Source of the DNA: Oopsacas minuta
Lineage: Eukaryota > Animalia > Porifera
NCBI GenBank assembly: GCA_024704765.1
Contig: JAKMXF010000055.1
Location: forward strand, 720,643-753,642
Direction of reading: 5' to 3'
DNA: 33,000 nucleotides
The position numbers and the translations under genes were made by a program. Shown piece after piece: positions 22,761-33,000 of this stretch; position 1 is the first letter of the stretch, and the number at the start of each line of letters is the position of its first letter. The notes beneath the pieces were generated by a model that did no database searches, was not told the DNA's origin, and was given only the letters and a program-made list of their open reading frames with translations.

Positions 22761-23664
22761 CAGTCAGGGGACAAAGTATTCGACCATACAAATATATCGT
22801 CATAAATTGTATACTCTTTCCCGCTCCTATATATTGTGTAGTCTATATTCGTAGCTGCTATCTAGTAATTTGTATAGAATAACATATGTTTTTCAAGAAT
22901 TTCAAAAAAATATTTTAGATTGACACTTTTTGAAGGTGTTAATTATTAATAATTATTAGATAATTATTGATAATCAAAATATGTGGTAATTCAAAACCTA
23001 TTAAGAATCTATAATTTCTGACTTGATATTTGAATTCTACTTAGGCGAGTTACCCCAGATTGAAATTTCAATGGGATTGAACAATTTTTGCCAAGGTTAT
23101 AGATGAATTTCAATTTGTGCCATTTGTGCCACCTTTTGCCCAAGGGGCACAAGTGGCCGTTACCAAGAGGTTATTTTGTAATTCAAGGGTTAGCATAGTC
23201 ATATAATCCGAAAATATTACTATGACTTATTCCTCCTAACCCTAGTTGATTTCCTTGTAGTGGCGCTTTTTCCAGCCACCAGTGTCACTTTTTGCAACAA
23301 GTGGCACAAATTGAAATTCATCTATAACTCTGGTAAAAATTGTTCAATCCGATTGGAAATTTCAATCTGGGGTAACTCGCCTACGTAGAATTCAAATATC
23401 AAGTCAGAAATTATAGATTCTTAATAGGTTTTGAATTACCACATATTTTGAATATCAATAATTATCTAATAATTATTAATAATTAACACCTTCAAAAAGT
23501 GTCAATCTAAAATATTTTTTGAAATTCTTGAAAAACATATGTTATTCTATACAAATTACTAGATAGCAGCTACGAATATAGACTACACAATATATAGGAG
23601 CGGGAAAGAGTATACAATTTATGAAAATATATTTGTGTGGTCGAATACTTTTGTCCCCTAACTG
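22761..23664. mobile_element. Long-TIR near-palindromic Tc1/mariner-type MITE, copy 2 (904 bp)
   Basis: TA-flanked, with the same spacer orientation as copy 1. My manual count against 7753-8659 is about 22 substitutions and 3 single-base indels. Confidence 0.95.
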
Positions 23665-26600
23665 TACATAGCCGCCCAACCGTCCAGGGATTTTGCATGC
23701 TTTAGTGACCTAAGACATAAACATTTTGTTATTGTGTAATTCATCAGTTCTTATTCAAGGAGGCATACAAAGACTACTGCCAATTACTTAAATATACGTT
23801 TCTCTTTTAAAAATATGTTCGCTATGCAGCAACTATATTTGAAACCGATATACATCTGTGTTCCCACTAACCTTCGGGGGCAACATCTGACAGGATAAAC
23901 ATGATGAGATCTACGTATAATAAGATGCCAGCATATATTCTGCATTACCCACTTGAAGGTCAACTTGGTTTATGAAAATATTTAAGTGTCTATTGATTAT
24001 TACACCTTATGAGCGTAGCGAGAGAAAAACAAATTGTGAGGGTAAAGTGTTTCAGGAAATGTAGAGGGAGAAAATGTTAGCTCAGTTTAGGGATATAACA
24101 CAAATAGGTGTATAGTTGGCTGGTGTGCATATACGTAAATTATGAAATACACTCATGAATGTTTGCATTGATCGTAGAAGAGTATTGATTAATGTTCAGA
24201 ATGTCTCATCTGTCTCTGTACCAAAATAACATTGAGGGATAAATGGAATGACACAAGTAACTCCAAGTTTAATCAATCCATGTGATAAAAATTTGAATCA
24301 GAGCCCGGTCAGACAATCGAGATCTGTATGTAGAATAACATAATAGAACATGGTAAAATGATTTATAGACTGATTTGGCTCAAAATATAAAGGACGGTTT
24401 CAAGTTAAATAACAGTGCGGAATAAGTAACGTTAACCGATTTCGGCTGAAGTGTTACGTTCGTATTGAAAAGGAACACTAAATTTCACTACTTCGTTTTA
24501 GCTAATACCCGCACCCATTTCGATATTTTAGAAACTCGTGAAGTGATACAATCAAAAAATTCCAAGCAGTATTCGGTTAATAGAAAATGCAGAGACGAAG
24601 TGGCTGTAATGCTTTACGCCAGAAATGTAATAAGAAACAGGCCAAAGAGTGATTTCCCTCAAAAGTGGTGAATTAGGACCTTTTTTTGAATATGGCTAGA
24701 ATAGCAAAATATATTTTCAATTTCGATTCTATTTGAATTCACTTTAGAGATTTTATTAGGATTCCCTATTGATTTTGCCACTGAAAGCTGGCTAATTAGG
24801 ATGATTTTGAAATTGGAAAAATATCTGTGTTCCGCCAGGATAATAACACTTTTTCGAATTTAGAATACTGTATATTCAATTTGGATAAATATATCAGTTT
24901 TTGGAACCTAAATACGATTTCCCCATAAAAATAACAAATTGATATACATTTAACTATTGAATTTAATTTTGGGTGAACTTAAAATCTGATTCCTTAGAAC
25001 TTTATTCATAAACTATGATTTTGCAATAAAGTCGAAATTAGCGGAGCTTTTATTTATTTTATTTGGGATGTAATTTCCCATCAAACTGAGAGTGCAAAGC
25101 TCTCTCACTTTTCGAAAACGATCCAGTAGCCAAGGCAATGGAGCAGAATTCGGAATAGAAATGCCCAGAATGACTGCTTCATGGCACAGCAATATTCAAA
25201 ATTCCTCTACAAAACTTATCACAGAAGTGTTCCGTTCGTAATTGAAAGAAACAGTTAATCTTAGCACTTGGTTTTAAACAATTCCCAGCAGCGAATTCTA
25301 AATTCCGACATCATTCATTTTGAAGTAATAAAATCACAAATCTACCTGAATTAGTCGTTTAAGCTCGAAGAAACTAAAAATTTCGATGAAAAGATATTTC
25401 AAATATGAATAATTGCGTCAATTTTGGAGCCACACGGTTGGAAATAGCTGCATTCGATAGCTCAAACGATTTACCATACAATTTATATTGGACAAAAAGG
25501 TATCACTGGGGAGAGAATAACTGAACTTAACCAGTGACAAATGAAATCTTTGAGAGGTTGATAAATTGAGCCCTTTTTGGACATAAATGATTTCGTTCAA
25601 TCCCCTCTGCTTAGATATAAATATGAAGCCATATAGTTATAAAGATGCAGTCAAACATTGCAAAAGAGAAATTCTCCATTTTCATATATCGCTGAGCAGT
25701 GAATTTCATTTACGGAAACACATTGTTTCATTTTACGATGAGTTTTAGTTTTCTGAACACCATGATTAAAATAGAAAGACGAATGTGTTCAGATAATTGA
25801 GGGTATACTGTAACCTGTTCCAAAATCGAACGAGAATCTATCCTCTGGTTTTGTAGAATATATAAAAGCATTTGATTATGCTATAGCAGTGCATATGAAC
25901 AAATGATATCCTGAAATATTTGGAATGCATACCTGCCAACACTGCTGCATGTCAGACCAAGCGCCACAAACCCCCCGATGTTTCAAATTATTTCATTATA
26001 GAAGCTCACAGTTGAAATTCGGACTACTTTGCAATAGTAATCTTATAGTGGATATTCTTTACTTTGTGTATTTATGTTCAATAAACAAAATGTAAATATT
26101 TGTGTTTACGAACTCCAGTTCAACCAGTTTCAAATCATTGAAAGAATATCATGTTAGCACATTTATCCTCTGATTACTTCAATACTCGAACAGTGGTTAC
26201 ACATTCATATTGTTTGCCATTATTATGGATAATACGGAGGCAGAGGGGTGGAGTGCAGGCCACATTTGGTGAGGCCAATAGATATTATGGCACAAATGTT
26301 CGAACGTACAAATGTACTGATCCCATCAAAAGTCATATTCTTTTGAAGACGGCGTTGTGAACAACATTCTTTGTTTGTAAAATGGAGAAATATAATTAGA
26401 AATATTACATAAGAAGTGCAACAAATTTACTAATCATGGCCAACTAAAATCTAATTTTATCAGAGTTACTTCAAATTATTAGTGATCTTCTAGCTGAATA
26501 GATGTTGTATGTACGTGGTAACATAGACCCCGAACAAGGGGCTCAATACCCGCTCTTTAGATAACAGCCCCATAGAGCTAATACCAATATTAGGTGTGGC

Positions 26601-28659
26601 CCCTGGCAAGTTCAAATTGTTTGAAAGTTCCGCGCCACTGGGTGGGAATAAAGCTAAGCTAACGGAAGAAATTTGTGGGATATAGTTCATTTTATGAATA
26701 AATTCAACCCCTACAGCATGGGATCAGCTGATCTCAAGAGGGTAATAACACTCGCCATATAACCGAAAAAATACTTGTCCGATTACGAAATTTCCTAGTT
26801 AGAGGTCCGGTCCTGGCTACCCCTAAGTTATTGTGGTCCAAAGGCAATTTCAGTAACTGGTGCTTGCTAAGTTAATAAATAGGACAAATTTGAAATAATT
26901 TTGCTTTTCTAGCATGACGACATGCATTTCTACAACAATGTAGTATATTAATCTGGAGTGAAGTGAAATTTATACATTTACATGTGTAAAGCTGACAGAT
27001 ATCGATATTTAAGGATGTTAAAATATATGGAATACTTTGAAATCTGCAAAATTTAGATTGAACAAAAATTTTAGGTAAACGAGTTGTCCGTTAGACACCC
27101 AAAGTATTACTTCTCATACGACAAGAATACATTTCCTTGTGGAGCATTAGCCATAGAAATTTAGAAACATGGATATGAGTGAGAACTACTATACTATAGT
27201 TAAAATATTGTAGAAATAACTATATTTCAGGGACATACATTGCAGGTTGGTGAGGGGTGACACCCCAACTTTTCTATAAACTGGTTAGAAATACGAGACT
27301 GTTGGTAACCCTAGTCTACTGGAGTGGTCTTTACCTGGAAGCAGGGGAGTAGTGTAGGGGATTTATAGGAGAACGCCATCCCCCACTAGTTTATTGTTAA
27401 ACACAATTAATTGGATAAATGAAATATTATTCAGAGTCCTAGCGAGGATATTTTGAAGCATGGTTATTTACTACTGAATACCTCCAAAAAGCTATTGTAC
27501 CCTTTAAACACAAGTTATAAATGGCATGAGTCAATAGTGTTTACAGTACAATCATGGCATTCTAAAGATCCTACCTACATTAACAAACAACGTACTTATT
27601 TATCTTGTATGGTTCTAGCTAAATTGATAATAAAGTGATGGATCATCGTTACAAATTGTATTTAAGTCATTTCTCACTTTCATGCAACCTTACAACTAAT
27701 AATCCTGGCGAGTATCCTAGTGTTATAGCTTAATATAGTCAATATACGCACCTTGAATTCCCTCAAATAGTAGTCAACCACTCATTCAAAATTTCTCACC
27801 CTACCTTGAATTCATCGGTGTAGAATACAGTTGTGATAGTGATATCGATCAGCTTTGTAATTGCTGAATCGCCATCACTGGTTAGGCAATGTCTTGTATT
27901 AGTTGCATAATAACTTTGTTACAAATTTGTTACTCTACATCTAAATCAAGTTACACTGGTAATTTGGGGAAAAAATTATGGAGGTACACATAATGGCTAT
28001 CAGAGTCATGTATAATAACTTGACATTGACCAAATTTTTCAATTCAAACCCCCCCAAGTCCAGATGAAATTGACTCAGTATGGACAGTTTTAGACAGAAA
28101 AGTGTAAATATGGCACACACATCGATAGATCTCAGGGCAATCTAAAGATTAGAATAGTTTTATGATTTGCATTATCAAATTGGAGAGCATTAGGCCATTA
28201 TCGCCATTTGTGGAACTGACGGACCAAATTTTCGAAATTTTTGGCGAAATTTATGTCAAACTCCCAAAAAGATATTCCCTAAAGAAATATTACCGAGGAA
28301 TGTTATCGTACATCCTCATTACTGCTTGTTTGGTTGTCCCTTATCAATATCATTAAGAAGCATTCCCAACTTCTTCCCACCAACTTCCATCTTATCATTC
28401 TGTTAGAACTAACACATAAATTTTAGCATGCATACTTCATCTCAATCAGGCCGAGAGTAACAAACTTTGAATTGGTCCGGTTAAAAGTAGTATTGGGATG
28501 AAAATGACCCTGCACAAATCTCACTTAGTATAGGAACAGTACAGAAGCACCAAATTACCCATTCCTCAACTAGGGTGGTTTACAAAAGTTGTACTGTACA
28601 AGGACAGTATATAGAATAATGAAAGAACAAATAAAATAATCGTCCGGGTATTCTCGCCG

Positions 28660-28912
28660 AAATTGAAAAACATAGACGAGTATTGACCGAAAATAATGAC
28701 ACCTTTGGCGAACATGCTCTGGATTGAGTAAGTTTCTATATTCGTCCACTCTTGATTCAGCTGTTGACTATCCTCGATTGCGAATGTCCGTTTTTTGCTA
28801 AGAGATGATCATTAACTTGGAGGTAAGACTAATTTTACGATTTCAACTGCAAGAAAGAGGAATTGGCATGGAGAAGAAAAAGATATTACCTCATTCACTT
28901 GCAATTAAGTAA
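28660..28912 (+). pseudogene. Unidentified decayed gene fragment with tiny introns
   Basis: NRPGILAEIEKHRRVLTENNDTFGEHALD, a GTAAGT..TTCAG intron of 33 nt, VDYPRLRMSVFC*EMIINLE, a GTAAGA..GCAAG intron of 31 nt, then KEELAWRRKDITSFT and another GTAAGT. In-frame stops are present. Confidence 0.3.
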
Positions 28913-28917
28913 GTATG

Positions 28918-28950
28918 CAGTGGTGTATCTAAGGGGGGGCTAGTGGTGGC
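28918..28950. mobile_element. Solo hAT-type MITE left end
   Basis: CAGTGGTGTATCTAAGGGGGGG resembles the 19940 terminus. No right end found. Confidence 0.3.
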
Positions 28951-29222
28951 TACCCTCACTCCAGGTTTTATCGCAATTCATCTGCCCCGATTGTTTTAAG
29001 AAATTAGGATGAAAGCATGACTAAAGATTTAACATTGGATGTGCTAATTCATATAACGAAAAATGTTCTTACACAGTTACACAAGTGCTTGTCAATAGGT
29101 ATGCCAAGCTTTATTTAGCGCGACAGGACAAAGCATAATACACGGACCAAAGTTTGGGACAGGTACTTCATCATGTAATATTCATGCTCCGAAAATAATA
29201 GATTCAATATTTCTTCTACATG

Positions 29223-29501
29223 CAGTGAAGCCTCTGGAATCGAGAACCTCTAAAATCGGGGCACTAGAATTTCGCGATAATATTTCCAACACAAATAAAC
29301 CTCTGGAATCGGGGAAATAGCGACAATCGGAGAATAGGGACAAACCCTGAAAATCTAATTCTTTCAGCTTGTATAGACCTAATATTAAAATCCCCAACGC
29401 AATCAGGGCATCAGAGATGAATAGAACTTCCCATGATTGAAAATGTTTTGCACAGAGGTATATAAATTGATTATCAGATCTGTGAAAAATCCTTTTCACT
29501 G
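29223..29501. mobile_element. Degenerate pogo-type MITE
   Basis: Ends CAGTGAAGCC and CTTTTCACTG; internal direct repeat CCTCTGGAATCG twice plus CCTCTAAAATCGGGG. TA flanks are not intact. Confidence 0.35.
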
Positions 29502-31839
29502 AGCATTTTCTTTATCAGAAAATGGAATAGGATTTTCGCCGTCTAACCATTACGGCAGTTAGGTACAGCATCTAGCTGGCTAATCAGCTGTAATGAGAAG
29601 AAAGTTAATTAAAACATGTGATGGACAGAATATGGACAAAGTAAGACGCGATGCGGCGTCATACTGTTAGTTTTGACAATAAAATATGAGTGACTATATT
29701 CTGAGTAAGAATATAGTCGAGATATTACTAAACAAATTCTCTTTTCGAGGATATCAGCATAGCCATAATGTCTGGTGCCTGAATTCGACCAATTAAATTC
29801 CAGCATTTTTAGAATTCTTGAATCGTTGAAATCCTTGGTTTGACAATATATAGTCTGGTGAACAGTCGTGGATAGCGTAGCTCACGGTTTAGATTTACAA
29901 TACTTCAAAAATTCCCAAAATTTAGCTTTCAGGAAATTCCAATATTAATATTTCAGGCATGTTAAGTAAGAAAGTAGATTGTCAAGGGCCTTAGCTTGTA
30001 AATATATGGAAGAAGCCCATCGGTGAGTTTTCCTTGCAAATATTTTTTAGATCTGCTTTCATACATATAAACAATAACACATAAGCCGACATGGCTTTAA
30101 AGTTAACCTCTTCTTATATGCTACTGTGTTAATGAGAATTAGAATTGGACTCAAACTTGTTCTTAAAGTTGTTGGTGAGTTAGGAAAGAGTTCATCTTAG
30201 TTTTAATGATAGATCGGATAGAATAATAGTTTTACACTCAGATAGGCCTCCTTTGGAGGATTTATACGTGAGAAGGAATAATATAGGATATTTTCCCATA
30301 CATGCGGATGTGACTTCTTTCTTGTGTACTCACTAGTAGTTTTGAGGTTAAAAACTTATATTGTAAACAGATAATTTCGCCCTCATCTAATTGAAATCCC
30401 GAAAAATGACTGAGCAGCACCTCATTCAGATGCATTAGGTTTCAGAAAGGAACCCCAAGCTTCTTTATTGTTCAATATCAGGAATAAATTTGCCAGACTT
30501 TAAAATTCAGAATATAAATATAAATTTGCTAGAACAGAGGTCTAATCATTTAATTTCACTAACTACTAACTGTGTGAGATAGTACAGGTCAGAAGCAGTT
30601 GAATTAGAATATTTAGGTATATTAGGGAAGAAATATTGTTGTAAACATTAAAAGGGACTGTACTTTACGCTTGTGCACAAAAGTAAGGGCCAAAAGGTCT
30701 GAAAGTATATAATTGAATAAAGGTTATGTCGAGAACTAATGTTTTCATACAAAAGTTTAGTGCAGAAATGAGACAAATAGAAATGAAGTCACCAAAATCG
30801 TAGTCATCTGCTCAAAAATAAAATAACCTCTATAGGAGATCCATTTGGCATGTAATAGACAATACATTAAAATGCTTTATTTAAATGTCCGGGATTAGAG
30901 GGGAACCCGGATCTTGGATGGTTCGACAGTATTATATGTGGGTGTTCACACTCCTGACCATATTCGTTAGTGTACTACCCGATCATGATGTCCTTCATTG
31001 CAAAGTACTGGAGGGAAGTGACCGAAGATTTCAAATACATCAATTACTCGGACTTCTGAATTCAGATTAATTGATTACTAAAGTGATCTGACACCCATGA
31101 GCGACGCTGCCAAATGTGGCGGGGGATCCGCTCCTCTAAGCCAGTTGAGATATTTTTTGCTAAGATAATACATCTAATATGAATAAGCAACGCAGCCCTA
31201 GGCGCGAGATCTGCTTAAAGTACATTTACGATCATCCAAATACTTTTATACTATTCTTAGCTGTTTGACAACTCTTAATGATGTAAAAATTACAGTGCAA
31301 ACAATCTATTCAAATCAAAATGTAAGTAAACAATATTTTGTATTACAGTTGTATGATATAACAATATTAGGAATACATTCATTCTTCTACTGAACATTCA
31401 TAATTAACAACGATAACTCTCTATCAATACTGAAATAAACTCAATAAATTTTAATTTCCGTATTAAGTATCGAATTAAACACAATATAAATACAACGTAA
31501 GTGAACAAGAAACCAATTCAATCCGCCTCCGAGGGTAAATATGTGCTACACAGAACCTACACTAACATTTCGAGAATAATTGGCGAATCTTTGTCTGCTT
31601 TGAAGCTTTTCTGCCACCTAACCTTCTCCTAGCCTTCTTCATGGGCAAAATGCAGCGTAGAAATAAATATTCCATGCGAGTAAAAGTAAAATCTCTAAAA
31701 AGTGCACACCATTGGAACCAACAAAAGCTCAACTTTAGAGAGGGGTTCAGGATAAGCAATATATAGAAGAGTGAAATATTTTAACGTTACAGTGTGAATA
31801 GCAATACGAAACAATAGTATGAAAAATATGAACTACATA

Positions 31840-32676
31840 TCAGGGCGTTCAATAAGGCTTGCAGGTCATGATATATCTTAGGAATTAGTCAAGTAATATC
31901 CCAAACTTTCATGTATTATAAGCCCATATAGTTAAACTCCATATACTGAAAGTTTCAAGCTTATTCAATACAAATTATGAATTTTTGAGAAAGTTACGTA
32001 AAGTCAATTTATACCCACTGTTGAATTTATGGCTTGAAAGGATGATAATTTCATCCTCAAATGGCGAGCTTACATAGAGTTTCGCACAATACTCAAGATC
32101 CAGCCCGTACAGATCTTCAGCGAGTTACAGGAGATATTGTGCGTGGATTGCCCTTCCAGATCAGCAGTACAGCGATGGACTGGCCGTTTTAGATCTGATG
32201 ATGCTGATGTAACAGATTTTCCTCGATCTGGAAGACCGGTATCCGCCACCACTTCAGAGAATATCGCACCCATTGAAAGTATGATCATGGAAGACAAGTG
32301 CATTACTGTCAATCAGTCAGAACAGAGTATGGAGATTCCACCGGAAACTATTCATACAATTCTGACAATTGAGCTTGGCTACCGATCGATTTGTGGGAAA
32401 TGGGTCTCGCATAAGCTCAGTGAGAATCAAAGTTGGATCGACTGAATATTGCCAATAAACTCTTGGAAACTTATGAGAACTGCGATTCTAGACGCCTAAC
32501 AGAGATTATCACTGGTGACGAGATGGGTCTACTAATCAACACCATATCACAAGTATAAAAAGCGATCATGGATGAGAGGCGACGAACAAGCGGTGAAAAT
32601 TCCTAGACCCGACTTCAGAAAACCTAAGATTATGTATACCATCTTCTTCAGTAGTCATGGAATTGTCTTGCAATTA
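31840..32676 (+). mobile_element. mariner element, 5' part (transposase pseudogene from about 32029)
   Basis: TA-TCAGGGCGTTCAATAAG terminus; WRAYIEFRT, PSRSAVQRWTGRF, DFPRSGRP, LGYRSICGKWVSHKL and IITGDE, then KIMYTIFFSSHGIVLQL. Cut by an insertion at TA 32675-32676. Confidence 0.85.
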
Positions 32677-33000
32677 CAGGGTGTCTAATAAGTTCTGTTA
32701 TATATCAATTCCCCAAAGATTTCAAATTTATCCATTGTAAAGCCATGAAACCTTCTATTTTCTTAGGACTTATGTTCCTAATTACACATTACAAATATCA
32801 TTCAATATAGCCTCTCTTTTTATGAATCACGGAAGTTAGTCTGCCCCGAAACTGATGGACAGCTTTTCGCAGCTCCTCCTGTGGGATTTTCTGCCATTCA
32901 CTCAATAAACTAACTTTGAGGGACTCCAAACTCTTGTGAGATTTCGCACAGGCCCTGCTCTCCAAGTTTGCTCAAACAGAATAGTCGAGTAGGTTTTAAT
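32677..33000 (-). mobile_element. maT/Bmmar1-like (DD37D-type) element, 3' end, nested in the mariner; runs off the window
   Basis: TA-CAGGGTGTCTAATAAG terminus. The minus strand reads NLLDYSV*ANLESRACAKSHKSLESLKVSLLSEWQKIPQEELRKAVHQFRGRLTSVIHKKRGYIE* (stop at 32798-32800), a typical maT C-terminus. The D-D spacing cannot be counted within the window. Confidence 0.82.

Noticed and set aside
22535-23700. An open ~90-codon minus-strand frame that appears when MITE copy 2 is removed
   Set aside because: No motif recognised; the flanks look like ends of another small repeat (CATAGCCGCCCAACCGTCC, GGGACAATCGGGAC).
24300-27500. Scattered repeat-like pieces (CATACCTGCCAAC at 25928; GC patches near 26500-26830 and 27240-27390)
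   Set aside because: Probably old MITE debris, but no paired ends or TSDs could be established.
27951-27985. TTA-CACTGGTAATTTGGGGAAAAAA resembling the 10675 terminus
   Set aside because: The match is short and no right end was found.
29870-29900. tRNA A-box-like AGCGTAGCTCACGG
   Set aside because: No B-box or stem structure follows.
30885-31759. Short ORFs at 30885-31070 and 31562-31759
   Set aside because: No frame on either strand gave a recognisable family.
1-33000. CRISPR array, rRNA, prokaryotic operon or defence system
   Set aside because: No repeat-spacer array or dense ORF packing; spliceosomal introns and eukaryotic transposons dominate.

Overview
This is AT-rich eukaryotic DNA. 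A KIF17-like kinesin with short GT-AG introns suggests a compact-genome animal, possibly a sponge (inference only). I found no intact protein-coding gene, rRNA, tRNA or CRISPR array; the window is mostly nested, decayed DNA transposons. Recognisable relics: (1) a Mutator/NOF-Foldback-type DDE transposase with a C-terminal OTU-like cysteine protease domain (~1.7-5.85 kb), broken by nested insertions and an internal inversion; (2) a Chapaev-type transposase fragment and a Chapaev3-type MITE; (3) two ~905-bp near-palindromic Tc1-type MITEs with ~368-bp arms; (4) an intron-retaining KIF17/OSM-3-like kinesin-2 pseudogene; (5) two mariner relics, each hit by a later insertion; (6) a DD37E Tc1-like fragment, a maT-type fragment, a hAT transposase relic and several small MITEs. 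I did not find an intact new system. The best leads are the MULE-OTU fusion and the arm-specific versus copy-specific variant pattern of the palindromic element. All translations and alignments were done by eye, and family assignments rest on recalled motifs rather than database searches.
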